In this document: piece after piece, positions 39,515 to 49,182 of the stretch | Position numbering within the stretch: position 1 is the stretch's first letter | Layout of the letters: each line of letters starts with the position of its first letter | Sequence record: SRR31156797_1365 | Length of the DNA: 56,190 nt | Direction: 5' to 3' (one strand) | Made by a program: the position numbers and the translations under genes | Notes under the pieces: model-generated | Told to the model about the DNA's origin: nothing | What the model saw: only the letters and a program-made list of their open reading frames with translations | Databases searched by the model: none

Positions 39515-42445
39515 TTAACTGCAGCCTGTAGTTGTACCACAATCCTGACAGACTTTGCATGTTCCGTTTTTCATAAGTCTATCGCTGCCGCAGTTTGCAC
39601 AGGATTCACCATAAACAACTTCGCCACCCTGATTCATTTCATCATTAGATGTTTCTTCGGTTCCCTTTGATGCTGATTCACTGTAAGGCTCAGATACTAC
39701 CTTAGTGAATCTTTCAGGTTTTACCTGACAGCGGGAAAAGTCTCCTTGTTCAATGTCGATAACCTTCGAAATTAAATCAGAAATCGAAGAAGCTGACTTA
39801 ATATATGGATGCCTTGAAACAAAGCCTGACGGTTCGAATTTCTGTCCCCGCAAAGTTTTTGAGATGTGCTCTGGGCTTATCTGATACTGCAGCATATTAG
39901 AAATTGCTTTTGACAATGAGGCTAGGATTCCCTTAACAACTGTTCCCTCTTTATCAGTTGAAACGAATATCTCTGAGAGCTGACCATCATCATAGAAACC
40001 AATTGTAATATATAATTCCACATCACCAATTTTTGCAGCATGAGTACGACTGGTTCGGATTCCATTAGGTTTCTTTCTCACTGAGACTTGCATATTCTTT
40101 TTTGCATGTTCTAATAATTCTGCATAGGAATAATCGTCAAATGTTCTATTGATAGTGCTTGATTCTCCAAGATTTAGAGGCTGTGAGCATTTACACCCGT
40201 CCCTATATATTGCTATTGCCTTTGAACCTGTTTCGTGTGCTAAGATATTTATATTCTTAATATCATCAATTGTGCAGGTAGCAGGCAGATTCACAGTCTT
40301 TGATACTGCTCCGCTAATCTGAGGAGTTATTGCTGATACCATCAGTACATGACCTTCGGGAGAAATATCATTTGCAGCATCAAATATCTTGATATGCTCT
40401 TCCTCAATATGAGGTGCTCCATGTATACTGTGATTAATCAGAGAACCATTTTCATCTTTCTCCAGAAGATAATCAAATATATCCTGCACCTGTTTCTCAT
40501 CATATCCCAATTTAGAAAGAGCAGATTTCAGTACTGGGTTAACCAACTGCATAAATCCTCCGCCTACAAGCTCCTTATAAACTACATGGCTGTAGTATGG
40601 TTCAACAGATGTTGCTCCACAGTCCATGGCAAATGAAATAGTACCTGTTGGAGCTATTACACTGACCTGTGCATTTCTGTATCCGCTGATTTCACCCTCG
40701 GATATAGCCTGATCCCATGATTCTTTTAACATTTTGCTGATATTATTAGGGAGCAGATTATGATTTACAATAATAGGCTGATAATCTAGATCTTCAAAGT
40801 CACCATTTAATGCGCCGCCTACTCTTGCATGATTCCTTATTACTTTTTTCATATAATCTTTATTTATATCATAGGATTCAAATGCACCCAATTTCTCAGC
40901 CATCAGTGCTGAAGTGTAATAGGAATATCCAGTCATAATTCCTGCCAATGCTCCTGCTAATGCTCTGCTTTCATCGCTGTCATATGCATATCCCTTTGAT
41001 AAGAGAAGCGATGCTAGATTTGCCATACCAATGCCTGTAGTTCTAAAAAGATGGCTCTTTAGTGCAACATCTTCTGTTGGGAAATGACCCCAGTGAATAG
41101 ATGCTTCCAGTACCATTTGAATAAACGACACTAAGTGGGTATATGAGTCAACATCAAATTCATCTGTTTTTTCATTATAGAACCTAAAAACATTAACTGA
41201 TGCCAGATTACATGCTGTATCATCTAGAAATGCATATTCACTACAGGGGTTTGTTGCGTTAATGCGATTATGCTTTGCCCCATACTCCCCATCATATCCA
41301 GCAGGACATGTATGCCATGCATTAAAAGTATCATCAAACTGAAGTCCCGGATCTGCACATTCCCAAGCAGCCTTGTTGATTTTATGCCATAAATCTCCTA
41401 TAGAGATTGTCTTATTTAGCCTGCTGTCTTTTCTTGCCTTCAATTCGAATTCAGTATCAGGACTTTCACCAAGATCTATTACCTTACTCATAAATTCTTT
41501 ATTCAAGCGTACAGAATTATTGCTGTTTTGACCTCCTACTGTTTTGTAAGCTTCACCATCTATTGAAGTATCATAACCCATTTTCCCAAGGGCACGAACT
41601 TTGTCCTCTTCGATAGCTTTCCATAATGTAAATTCCTCAATGTCAGGATGGTCTACATCTACTATTACCATTTTTGCAGCACGTCTTGTTGTACCGCCAG
41701 ATTTGATTGCACCTGCATTCTTGTCCAGTCCTTGGAGGAAGCTCAATAGTCCTGATGAATGACCGCCGTTTGAAATCCCCTCATTTTTTGCTCTAAGAGT
41801 AGAAAAGTTCGTACCTACACCTGAACCACCTTTAAATAGATTGGTTTCGCTAACATAGTGATCTGTAATGGAATGCTTACCCATCAGTTTATCTTCAATG
41901 GATAGAATAAAGCATGCAGATGCCTGCGTTCTGGTGTATCTGTCCTTGGATAAAACCACTTCTTTCTTTTCTAAATCATAATAATACAGACCATCCTTCT
42001 CACCTGGTATTGAATAGTTCCTCATTATACCTGTATTGAACCACTGCGGTGAGTTTGGAGCCCACATCTGGCTTAATAGAGCGTAAACTAACTCATCATA
42101 AACTATCTGCCACTGCTCTTTTGTATCAAAAAGTCCTTCATCCTGCAGTGCATCAGCCCAAAATCCTACCATTCGGTCGGCAACTTGTTTCATGCTGTAT
42201 TCATGCCCGCGGTCGTTTTTAACTCCAGATTTTCTAAAGTATTTACTTGCAATGATTTTGCAAGCATTGTGTGAATAACTAACAGGAAATTCCAGTTCTT
42301 TCATGTCCAGAATTAATTCGCCAGTTTTCCAGTTTTTCATCTCTACATCAACTATTTTGTATTCAAATAAATCATATACTGATTTATTACTGTTTTCTAA
42401 TTCTTTTGTAAATTTTCTATTTATTATTTGATTAATTGTTCCCAT
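39515..42445 (-). CDS. nrdJ: Adenosylcobalamin-dependent (class II) ribonucleotide reductase with C-terminal TSCPD and zinc-ribbon region
   Basis: PNSPQWFNTG, QASACFI, GGTTRRAA, TNPCSE, APTGTIS, AIYRDG, terminal CxxC..CxxC..GCS; start moved to ATG 42445 after GGAGG. Confidence 0.93.
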   Translation of the reverse strand: MGTINQIINRKFTKELENSNKSVYDLFEYKIVDVEMKNWKTGELILDMKELEFPVSYSHNACKIIASKYFRKSGVKNDRGHEYSMKQVADRMVGFWADALQDEGLFDTKEQWQIVYDELVYALLSQMWAPNSPQWFNTGIMRNYSIPGEKDGLYYYDLEKKEVVLSKDRYTRTQASACFILSIEDKLMGKHSITDHYVSETNLFKGGSGVGTNFSTLRAKNEGISNGGHSSGLLSFLQGLDKNAGAIKSGGTTRRAAKMVIVDVDHPDIEEFTLWKAIEEDKVRALGKMGYDTSIDGEAYKTVGGQNSNNSVRLNKEFMSKVIDLGESPDTEFELKARKDSRLNKTISIGDLWHKINKAAWECADPGLQFDDTFNAWHTCPAGYDGEYGAKHNRINATNPCSEYAFLDDTACNLASVNVFRFYNEKTDEFDVDSYTHLVSFIQMVLEASIHWGHFPTEDVALKSHLFRTTGIGMANLASLLLSKGYAYDSDESRALAGALAGIMTGYSYYTSALMAEKLGAFESYDINKDYMKKVIRNHARVGGALNGDFEDLDYQPIIVNHNLLPNNISKMLKESWDQAISEGEISGYRNAQVSVIAPTGTISFAMDCGATSVEPYYSHVVYKELVGGGFMQLVNPVLKSALSKLGYDEKQVQDIFDYLLEKDENGSLINHSIHGAPHIEEEHIKIFDAANDISPEGHVLMVSAITPQISGAVSKTVNLPATCTIDDIKNINILAHETGSKAIAIYRDGCKCSQPLNLGESSTINRTFDDYSYAELLEHAKKNMQVSVRKKPNGIRTSRTHAAKIGDVELYITIGFYDDGQLSEIFVSTDKEGTVVKGILASLSKAISNMLQYQISPEHISKTLRGQKFEPSGFVSRHPYIKSASSISDLISKVIDIEQGDFSRCQVKPERFTKVVSEPYSESASKGTEETSNDEMNQGGEVVYGESCANCGSDRLMKNGTCKVCQDCGTTTGCS

Positions 42446-42470
42446 AATTCTCTTCCTCCGTTTAATTGAT

Positions 42471-42486
42471 ATACCATATATAGTAG
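42471..42486. promoter_or_regulatory. Candidate NrdR box downstream of the nrdJ -10
   Basis: ATACCATATATAGTAG matches the acaCwAtATaTwGtg-type consensus; extended -10 TGgTATAAT on the minus strand at about 42497-42505. Confidence 0.6.
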
Positions 42487-42756
42487 TCGGATTGTTATTA
42501 TACCACATTATTTGCTAAGTCAAAAGATTGTAAATACAGAAATTTGTTAAATCTTATTAATGTACGTACATACGTAAGATTCCCAAAAAAATAATCAAAA
42601 TCATAGGATTATTTTCATCAAAATGTGAATTATTATCCATTATAAAAAAATATAATTCGGATTATTATGATAGGTATTATCTTGACACAAGACCGTTTAT
42701 TATATATTGCATAAGTCTAATTACAATAATCACAACAACAATGATAAGAAATGCTA

Positions 42757-42785
42757 TTGACATATGTTAGTAAAGTAGTTACTAT
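42757..42785 (+). promoter_or_regulatory. Sigma-A promoter of the OmpA/HhH gene pair
   Basis: TTGACA-17-TACTAT, 50 bp upstream of the ATG. Confidence 0.65.
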
Positions 42786-42835
42786 TTAGTTTAAGACAGA
42801 TTTTTTAGGATAAATTTAATAAAGGGGGTTTATTA

Positions 42836-43885
42836 ATGAGAAAAAAACGCAAAAAACGTATTGTATGGTTAGCTGTCTTGATCTTTTTATTGTTTTTAGC
42901 ATCTGGACCATTATGGTTATTCTCAAATATTGAAGATAAGCTAAAAGCTGAAGCTTCTGCACTTGATTATCAAAGCTCATTGGATTCAGCTCAGATAGAT
43001 TTCATTGGTCGTAATTGTTATCTGACTGTACCTGCTGATATTGATAAAGATATTGCAGAATCAGCTGCTCAGGAAATTAACGATATTCAAGGGGTAAGAA
43101 ATGTAAAAATCATCTATGATGAGAGTCTAGCGGTCAAAGGCAATGAAGAAGAGCAAAAGGAACAATTACCTGGCAAGTTTACACTGAAATGGACAAAAGA
43201 TGAGAAGAATATAGAAGGCAATTTAGATGAATCCAGTGCAGATAAATTGGAAGAAATCTTTGGTGTAAGCGGCATAGATATTGATACGGATTACACCCTG
43301 TCCAGTGGAGTTGTGGATACACTTACAACAATAGGTAAAGATTTATTCTCAAGTATGGATGCAGGTACTTTAGAAGTTGACGGAGATAGGATTAGTATAT
43401 CTGGAGATGTTTCACAAACAGCTGATATAGATGATTTAATCTCTAATTGGGGCAGTCTGTCAGGTGTTGAGCTAGACTTAAAAAGCAATGCAACAGAAAG
43501 TGATGAAGATACCACAGAACAGATTCAATCTGAAATTGATGAAATTCTGGAATTTGAAACAATAGAATTTGATAAAAATGCTCATTTTATTAAGAAATCA
43601 TCAATAGAAATAATTGATAGCATCGCAAGTATTCTAAAGGAAAATGAGGATGTAGATGTTGAAATTATTGGTCATGCTGACTCATATGGGGATGATACTT
43701 GGAACATGACTTTAAGTGAGTTAAGAGCCGATGCAGTTATGAACGCTTTAGTAGAAAAAGGTATAGATCCTTCACGTATGACCGCAAAGGGCATGGGCGA
43801 AACAACACCATTAGATACTAACTCTACTCAAGAAGGGCGTCAAAAGAACAGAAGAGTTGAAATAATAGTAAAGGAGAATGACTAA
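42836..43885 (+). CDS. Membrane-anchored protein with BON-like segment(s) and a C-terminal OmpA-like peptidoglycan-binding domain (ArfA/Rv0899-like architecture)
   Basis: Basic N-terminus plus TM; IDFIGRNCYLT..INDIQGVRNV BON-like segment; GHADSYG..NMTLSELRA..GMGETTP..NRRVE OmpA_C motifs. Confidence 0.82.
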   Translation: MRKKRKKRIVWLAVLIFLLFLASGPLWLFSNIEDKLKAEASALDYQSSLDSAQIDFIGRNCYLTVPADIDKDIAESAAQEINDIQGVRNVKIIYDESLAVKGNEEEQKEQLPGKFTLKWTKDEKNIEGNLDESSADKLEEIFGVSGIDIDTDYTLSSGVVDTLTTIGKDLFSSMDAGTLEVDGDRISISGDVSQTADIDDLISNWGSLSGVELDLKSNATESDEDTTEQIQSEIDEILEFETIEFDKNAHFIKKSSIEIIDSIASILKENEDVDVEIIGHADSYGDDTWNMTLSELRADAVMNALVEKGIDPSRMTAKGMGETTPLDTNSTQEGRQKNRRVEIIVKEND

Positions 43886-44571
43886 TGAATTGGTTTATGG
43901 ATATGTGTCTGCTGTTTATGGAATGGCTGCTGTTAATGATTATACCTTTGTTAATCGGTATATTAATAGGCTGGATAATATGGGGCAGAAAGTCAAAAAA
44001 AGAAAATGTCAATGATACAAGAAGCAATAATGCATCAAAAGAACTAAATAAGAAAGTTGATGATGATTTGTCCAAAATAAAAGGCATTGATGATGACATC
44101 GAAACAAAGCTAAAAGATAAGGGAATAACTTCGTACTATTCACTTGCAATGCTAAGCAATGAGGATGTTGATAATCTTGAAAAAGAATTTGATCTTGAAG
44201 ATAAACAAATCAGAACAGAAAACTGGGTTCCTCAGGCAGCTCAGCTTCATTTTGAAGAGTATGATGAATCAATATATGATGATGTAACTGTAGATGCTGT
44301 ATACGAAGATGAATTTGAAGCGCAGTTAGCTGAAGCCAAAAAAGGTGTATCATTGGACTACGAGGATGATTTGAAACAAATTAACGGTGTAGGTCCAAAG
44401 ATGGAAGCACTGTTAAGAAGCTTTGGAATAACAACTTTTTATCATTTATCAAAAATAAATGATGAAGGCATTACTGCATTAAATGACAAGATGGAATTCT
44501 TCCCAGGACGTATCCAAAGAGATAACTGGGTAGAACAAGCAAAACAACTACACGAGAAATTGCATAAGTAG
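43885..44571 (+). CDS. N-terminal TM protein with two tandem COG3743/DUF4332-like helix-hairpin-helix domains
   Basis: Hydrophobic residues about 8-33; repeats DDLSKIKGI..GITSY..ENWVPQA and DDLKQINGVGP..GITTF..GRIQRDNWVEQA; TAATG coupling to the upstream gene. Confidence 0.8.
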   Translation: MNWFMDMCLLFMEWLLLMIIPLLIGILIGWIIWGRKSKKENVNDTRSNNASKELNKKVDDDLSKIKGIDDDIETKLKDKGITSYYSLAMLSNEDVDNLEKEFDLEDKQIRTENWVPQAAQLHFEEYDESIYDDVTVDAVYEDEFEAQLAEAKKGVSLDYEDDLKQINGVGPKMEALLRSFGITTFYHLSKINDEGITALNDKMEFFPGRIQRDNWVEQAKQLHEKLHK

Positions 44572-44588
44572 TAACTTATGCAGTTTCT
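44555..44588. terminator. Hairpin over the stop codon, between the convergent HhH gene and ade
   Basis: AGAAATTGCATAAGT-agta-ACTTATGCAGTTTCT. Confidence 0.6.
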
Positions 44589-44591
44589 GCA

Positions 44592-46340
44592 TTACTTAAT
44601 AATGGGTATAATTTTCTTGTTATTCACATCAACTAATCCATAGTCTGTCAGTCTGACCTCTGGGATGACCGGCAGAGATAGAGTTGCAATCTGCAATAAC
44701 AAACAGGAAGATACTATACCCAATTCCCTCATTTTTTCTTTTAGAAGGGCAGTTTTTGGTGCAAGTATATCTATAGGTTTATCTGATAAAAGCCCTGCTA
44801 TTGGAAGCTCAATAATAGCTTCTACTTTCCCATCCAGTACACAGACTATACCGCCTCCTGCTTCACACAATGCATCAGCCGCAATCAGCATATCTTCTTC
44901 GTTTTTACCAAGTACAATTAAATTATGACAGTCATGAGAAACTGTGGATGCGATTGCTCCTTTTTTCAACCCAAGATTCTTTACAATGCAAGTTTTCTTG
45001 TTGCCGTTTTTACCATGACGTTCAAATACAGTTAATGTACACAACTCCTGATTATCAGATACATCAATATAGCCATCTTTGGTTTGAATCTCAACTTCAT
45101 CAAGCCTTGTGATAATTGGTACATCTTTATCATATGCGATTACGTTTAATCTGGCTTTTTCCTTATCGCATTTTATTTTGAAATCTTTTAGAATTGGTTT
45201 CTCTTTTAAATTAATAGTATTAATTTTTTCTATTGGATATGATTTAGCTTCTATTCTTTTTGTTAACTCGCCATTTTTAACAATTTGTCTACCCTCCACA
45301 AATACATCAGTAACCTTTATTTCATCAAGGTTATTAAGCAGTACGATATTTGCATCTTTTCCGGGGGTTAATGAACCAACATTATCAAGTCCTAATAATC
45401 TAGCTGAATTATATGTGGTCATCTTTATTGCTTCGATTGCAGGTATTCCTTCACTCATTGCTACCCTAATAACATGATCTAGGTGACCCTCATTAAGCAA
45501 ATCATCAGGTTCACGGTCATCAGTGCAGAGAGTTGTATTCTCTGGATAATTAAACTCTTTCACTACAGGTGCTAATGCCTTGATATCATGCATAATAGAG
45601 CTTTCCCTGCATTCGAGTGTCATACCTGCACGGAGCTTGTATCGTGCTTCATCAGCAAAGCTGGTCTCGTGGCAGGATTTAATACCAGTAGATAAATATG
45701 CAGATAGATTTCTTCCAGTCAGCATAGGGGCATGCCCCTGAATAAATACCTTCTGGTCTCTGGCCTCTTCCAAAATCTCAGATATCCTAGAAGCTTGATT
45801 AATTACTCCAGTGAAGTCCATTACTTCACCGATTCCAATAATGCTGTCATCCTTTAAGATTTCTTTGATTTCATCTCTTTGAAATATAGCACCAGAGGTT
45901 TCAAGCCCGACAATAGAAGGAACGCATGAAGGAGCAAGGACACAGGTCATAAGTGGTGTATCCTTGGATGATTCGATAATATATTTAACGCCATCCACCC
46001 CCATAACATTTGCAATCTCATGAGGGTCACATGCAATAGTAGTAGTGCCGTGAACCAGCAATGCCTCTGCAACATTACCCAAAGTCATCATGGTGCTCTC
46101 GGTATGAATATGAGTATCTATTAATCCTGGAATAGCAAATTCACCTTTAGCATCAAAATATTCTCTGCCTTCCAGCGAAACCTCACCAGATTGATTTACA
46201 TGTCCAATTTTTCCGTCAATAATTCCAATTTCTGAATCATATACTTCACGGGTAATGACATTGACATACTGGACATTTTTTATCACCAAGTCAAACGGAA
46301 TGTCTCCATTAATAGCATCTATTACTCTGCTTTTCTCCAT
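44592..46340 (-). CDS. ade: Adenine deaminase
   Basis: DTHIHTES, DPHEIANV, APSCVP, GHAP, HE, CTDDR, HDCHN motifs. Confidence 0.92.
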   Translation of the reverse strand: MEKSRVIDAINGDIPFDLVIKNVQYVNVITREVYDSEIGIIDGKIGHVNQSGEVSLEGREYFDAKGEFAIPGLIDTHIHTESTMMTLGNVAEALLVHGTTTIACDPHEIANVMGVDGVKYIIESSKDTPLMTCVLAPSCVPSIVGLETSGAIFQRDEIKEILKDDSIIGIGEVMDFTGVINQASRISEILEEARDQKVFIQGHAPMLTGRNLSAYLSTGIKSCHETSFADEARYKLRAGMTLECRESSIMHDIKALAPVVKEFNYPENTTLCTDDREPDDLLNEGHLDHVIRVAMSEGIPAIEAIKMTTYNSARLLGLDNVGSLTPGKDANIVLLNNLDEIKVTDVFVEGRQIVKNGELTKRIEAKSYPIEKINTINLKEKPILKDFKIKCDKEKARLNVIAYDKDVPIITRLDEVEIQTKDGYIDVSDNQELCTLTVFERHGKNGNKKTCIVKNLGLKKGAIASTVSHDCHNLIVLGKNEEDMLIAADALCEAGGGIVCVLDGKVEAIIELPIAGLLSDKPIDILAPKTALLKEKMRELGIVSSCLLLQIATLSLPVIPEVRLTDYGLVDVNNKKIIPIIK

Positions 46341-46374
46341 AAACTATCTCCTATGTAATTAAGTTAATCCTATA

Positions 46375-47763
46375 TCATACAATTTGCCATCTTGATTTAT
46401 TCTCAATTCCTGTCTTATTAAGAACCTGCTCAATCATTTCTTTTGCTTTTTCCATTACTTTTTGTTCATCCATAGTCAGGATTTCTCTGTCTTTTACTAT
46501 AAATTTTCCATCAATTATTACATTGTCAACATCTGATCCTTGTGCGGAATAAACAATAGTAGATACTGGGTTAGTGTTTGGCACAAGTCTCGGATTATTG
46601 CAGTCAACAGTAATTATATCAGCCTTCTTACCTATCTCCAGTGAGCCTAATATATCGTCCTTTTTCATAGCCTTAGCTCCGTTTATGGTAGCCATCTCAA
46701 TTGCTGTCTCTGCTGGAACTACTAGAGGATCGAGAGTTCTGCCCTTGTGCATGATTGCAGATAATCGCATTGCATCAAACATATCAAATTTATTATCACA
46801 AGTTGATGCATCAGTACCTAAGCATACGTTCACTCCTTCATCCAGAAGTTCAGGAACTAAGCAGAATCCTGAAGCTAATTTTGCATTACTTGCTGGACAG
46901 TGAACAATTGAAGAATCATACTTCTTGATAATCTTCATATCATCTTCTGTCAGCCATACGCTGTGAACCAAAAGGGTTCTGTCAGTTAAGATACCTGCTG
47001 ATTCTGCGAATTCCCCTGGCTTTTGTTTATATTCATCCCTCATCAATTCAACATCCTGCTTTACTTCGCAATAGTGAATTGATATTCCCATATCCTGATC
47101 TTTAGCAGTTTGTGATACCTTTTGCAGCATTTCCTTTGTAGTAGAGCCGACAGGTCTAGGTCCAAGCCATATGTTTATTCTGCCGTCGCCGTCGTTCTCT
47201 CTTCGCTCTTTCCAGTCTATTGCCTGTCTTAGGCATTCATCACCGTCTTCTATCATGCCTTCGCACATTATATTCTCTCTGGATGCATATGTTGCAATAT
47301 CCATAACTGACTTAGCCATCACTCCTCGCATTCCGCTTTGGACAACGGCATCAGTTAGCCCATCCAGCCCATAATGTGATAGTATTAATGTTTCAACGAA
47401 GCTGGTAGTTCCTGATTTAATCATTTCCAGCAAACAAATATCTGCACTGGCTCTTGCTTCCTCTTCATTGTAGCTGCCTAAAAGTCTCCACATTCTGTGT
47501 GCCAAAAAGTCAATTAGACTTACATCATCTGCACATCCTTTGATTAATGCTTGGGTTAAATGAACATGTCCGTTGATTAGTCCGGGCATGATTATGTGAT
47601 CTTTCATATCGTGGAATTCATAATCATTGTATCTCTCTTTTAGTGCATCTGTTTTGCCTATATCTTTTATATAGCTTTCTTCCACAGCCACTGCACCATC
47701 TGTCATTATTCTTCTTTCTTTATCTACTGTAATAATTGTTGCGTTACCCAAAATATATCCCAT
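46375..47763 (-). CDS. Metal-dependent amidohydrolase (MtaD/SsnA/AtzA-like purine or nucleoside deaminase)
   Basis: PGLINGHVH, HYCE, VHSVW, HCPASN, LGTD motifs; in an operon with xdh and ade. Confidence 0.85.
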   Translation of the reverse strand: MGYILGNATIITVDKERRIMTDGAVAVEESYIKDIGKTDALKERYNDYEFHDMKDHIIMPGLINGHVHLTQALIKGCADDVSLIDFLAHRMWRLLGSYNEEEARASADICLLEMIKSGTTSFVETLILSHYGLDGLTDAVVQSGMRGVMAKSVMDIATYASRENIMCEGMIEDGDECLRQAIDWKERRENDGDGRINIWLGPRPVGSTTKEMLQKVSQTAKDQDMGISIHYCEVKQDVELMRDEYKQKPGEFAESAGILTDRTLLVHSVWLTEDDMKIIKKYDSSIVHCPASNAKLASGFCLVPELLDEGVNVCLGTDASTCDNKFDMFDAMRLSAIMHKGRTLDPLVVPAETAIEMATINGAKAMKKDDILGSLEIGKKADIITVDCNNPRLVPNTNPVSTIVYSAQGSDVDNVIIDGKFIVKDREILTMDEQKVMEKAKEMIEQVLNKTGIENKSRWQIV

Positions 47764-47787
47764 AATAATACCTCTCTCTTATATGTT

Positions 47788-48276
47788 TTATTTTGTCCCA
47801 CTCTGCTCCTGTACAATATCTATAGCCTTCTCAATGGCATTCACAATATTCTGATATCCTGTACACCTGCACAAATGCCCTGAAATTTCTTTTCTTATTT
47901 CTTCCCTTGTATATTTCTTGTTCGTGCTGACAATTTCTACTCCTGTCATAATAATACCTGGAGTACAGAATCCACACTGTACAGCTGCAGTATCAACAAA
48001 TGCCTGCTGAACAGGGTTCAAGTTGCCGTTTTCATCCTGTAATCCTTCCACTGTCAATATACTCTTGCCGTCTGCCCATATAGAGAGATATATGCATGTG
48101 TTGGTAGCTTTACCATCAATTAATACAGTACATGCACCACACTCGCCTACTTCGCAGCCCTTTTTTACACTGGTAAGATTCAACCTGTTTCGCAAGGTAT
48201 CCGCTAATGCTTCACGCATATCTACAGCTATCTCTTTTTCCTGTCCATTTATATTGCACTTAATTACTTTTAACAT
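47788..48276 (-). CDS. xdhC: Xanthine dehydrogenase 2Fe-2S subunit
   Basis: GCEVGECGACT, QCGFCTPG, HLCRCTGY motifs (E. coli subunit naming). Confidence 0.92.
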   Translation of the reverse strand: MLKVIKCNINGQEKEIAVDMREALADTLRNRLNLTSVKKGCEVGECGACTVLIDGKATNTCIYLSIWADGKSILTVEGLQDENGNLNPVQQAFVDTAAVQCGFCTPGIIMTGVEIVSTNKKYTREEIRKEISGHLCRCTGYQNIVNAIEKAIDIVQEQSGTK

Positions 48277-48288
48277 ATTGTACCCGCC

Positions 48289-49173
48289 TTATATTCCAAC
48301 AACATTTTGGTCAGCTAGTGCTTTCTTTAATGCTCGTTTAGATAGCACCTTGCATAAATGCAGACGGAATTCCTTACTTGCCCGCATATCAGAGCGCAGA
48401 CTGACATCAGATTCTATATTTTCATCTAACATTTCAAATATGCTGTTTAAAATAGGTTTGCCTATTATTTGTTTTTCGGTGTTTAATGCTCTTAATGGTA
48501 CAGGTCCTGCAGCTGAAAATGCTATTCTAATATCATCAATTATAGTTTTATCATCATTTAGCCTGCATGATACTGCACAGCCAAGTAACACTATGTCCAA
48601 TGATTTTCTGACTGCATATTTAATATAATTAGCAGTGTATCCATTATACCCATCATATGGAATTATTATATCTGTAAGCAGTTCACCTCGTTTTAAATCC
48701 ATAACCTCGGACTTTACATAATAATCTGCTATGGATATCTCTCTGCTGCCATCAGTGCCTGTAACTACAACCTTAGTATCCAGTGCAAACAGCATAGGCG
48801 GTGAATCCGCAGTAGTAAATCCATTGGAGATGTTGCCTCCTATTGTTGCTGCATTACGGATTTGAGGACTTCCTATAGTCTCTGTGGCTTCTATTAAATA
48901 CGGTGTTTTTTCTTTGATTATACTGCTGTCAGCAATCTGTCTGAACGTAGTATTAGGCTTAATATGAATATTGTTATCAGCGTCTATTGTGATGCCTTCC
49001 AATTCCTCAATGCAGTTAATACTGATTAAATCCCTCCCTGTAAAATGCCCTTCTCTCATTGCAATCACAGTATCAGTACCACCAGCAATAATCCATGTAT
49101 CAGGATTATCCCATAAATATTTTACTGCATCATCTATGCTTTTTGCTTCATATATACTATTAAAATCAAACAT
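48289..49173 (-). CDS. xdhB: Xanthine dehydrogenase FAD-binding subunit
   Basis: IAGGTD, IGSPQIRNAATIGGN, DMRAS motifs. Confidence 0.9.
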   Translation of the reverse strand: MFDFNSIYEAKSIDDAVKYLWDNPDTWIIAGGTDTVIAMREGHFTGRDLISINCIEELEGITIDADNNIHIKPNTTFRQIADSSIIKEKTPYLIEATETIGSPQIRNAATIGGNISNGFTTADSPPMLFALDTKVVVTGTDGSREISIADYYVKSEVMDLKRGELLTDIIIPYDGYNGYTANYIKYAVRKSLDIVLLGCAVSCRLNDDKTIIDDIRIAFSAAGPVPLRALNTEKQIIGKPILNSIFEMLDENIESDVSLRSDMRASKEFRLHLCKVLSKRALKKALADQNVVGI

Positions 49174-49182
49174 GTTTACCTC

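Noticed and set aside
39515..42445. Possible intein or intron in nrdJ
   Set aside because: The frame is continuous, the length fits NrdJ plus TSCPD, and I see no intein splice-junction or homing-endonuclease motifs
42502..42517. Second NrdR box
   Set aside because: The position is plausible but the match to the consensus is too weak to call
42836..43885. MotB flagellar stator or an outer-membrane OmpA porin
   Set aside because: No motA partner, no conserved TM Asp motif and no beta-barrel; only the OmpA C-terminal domain is shared
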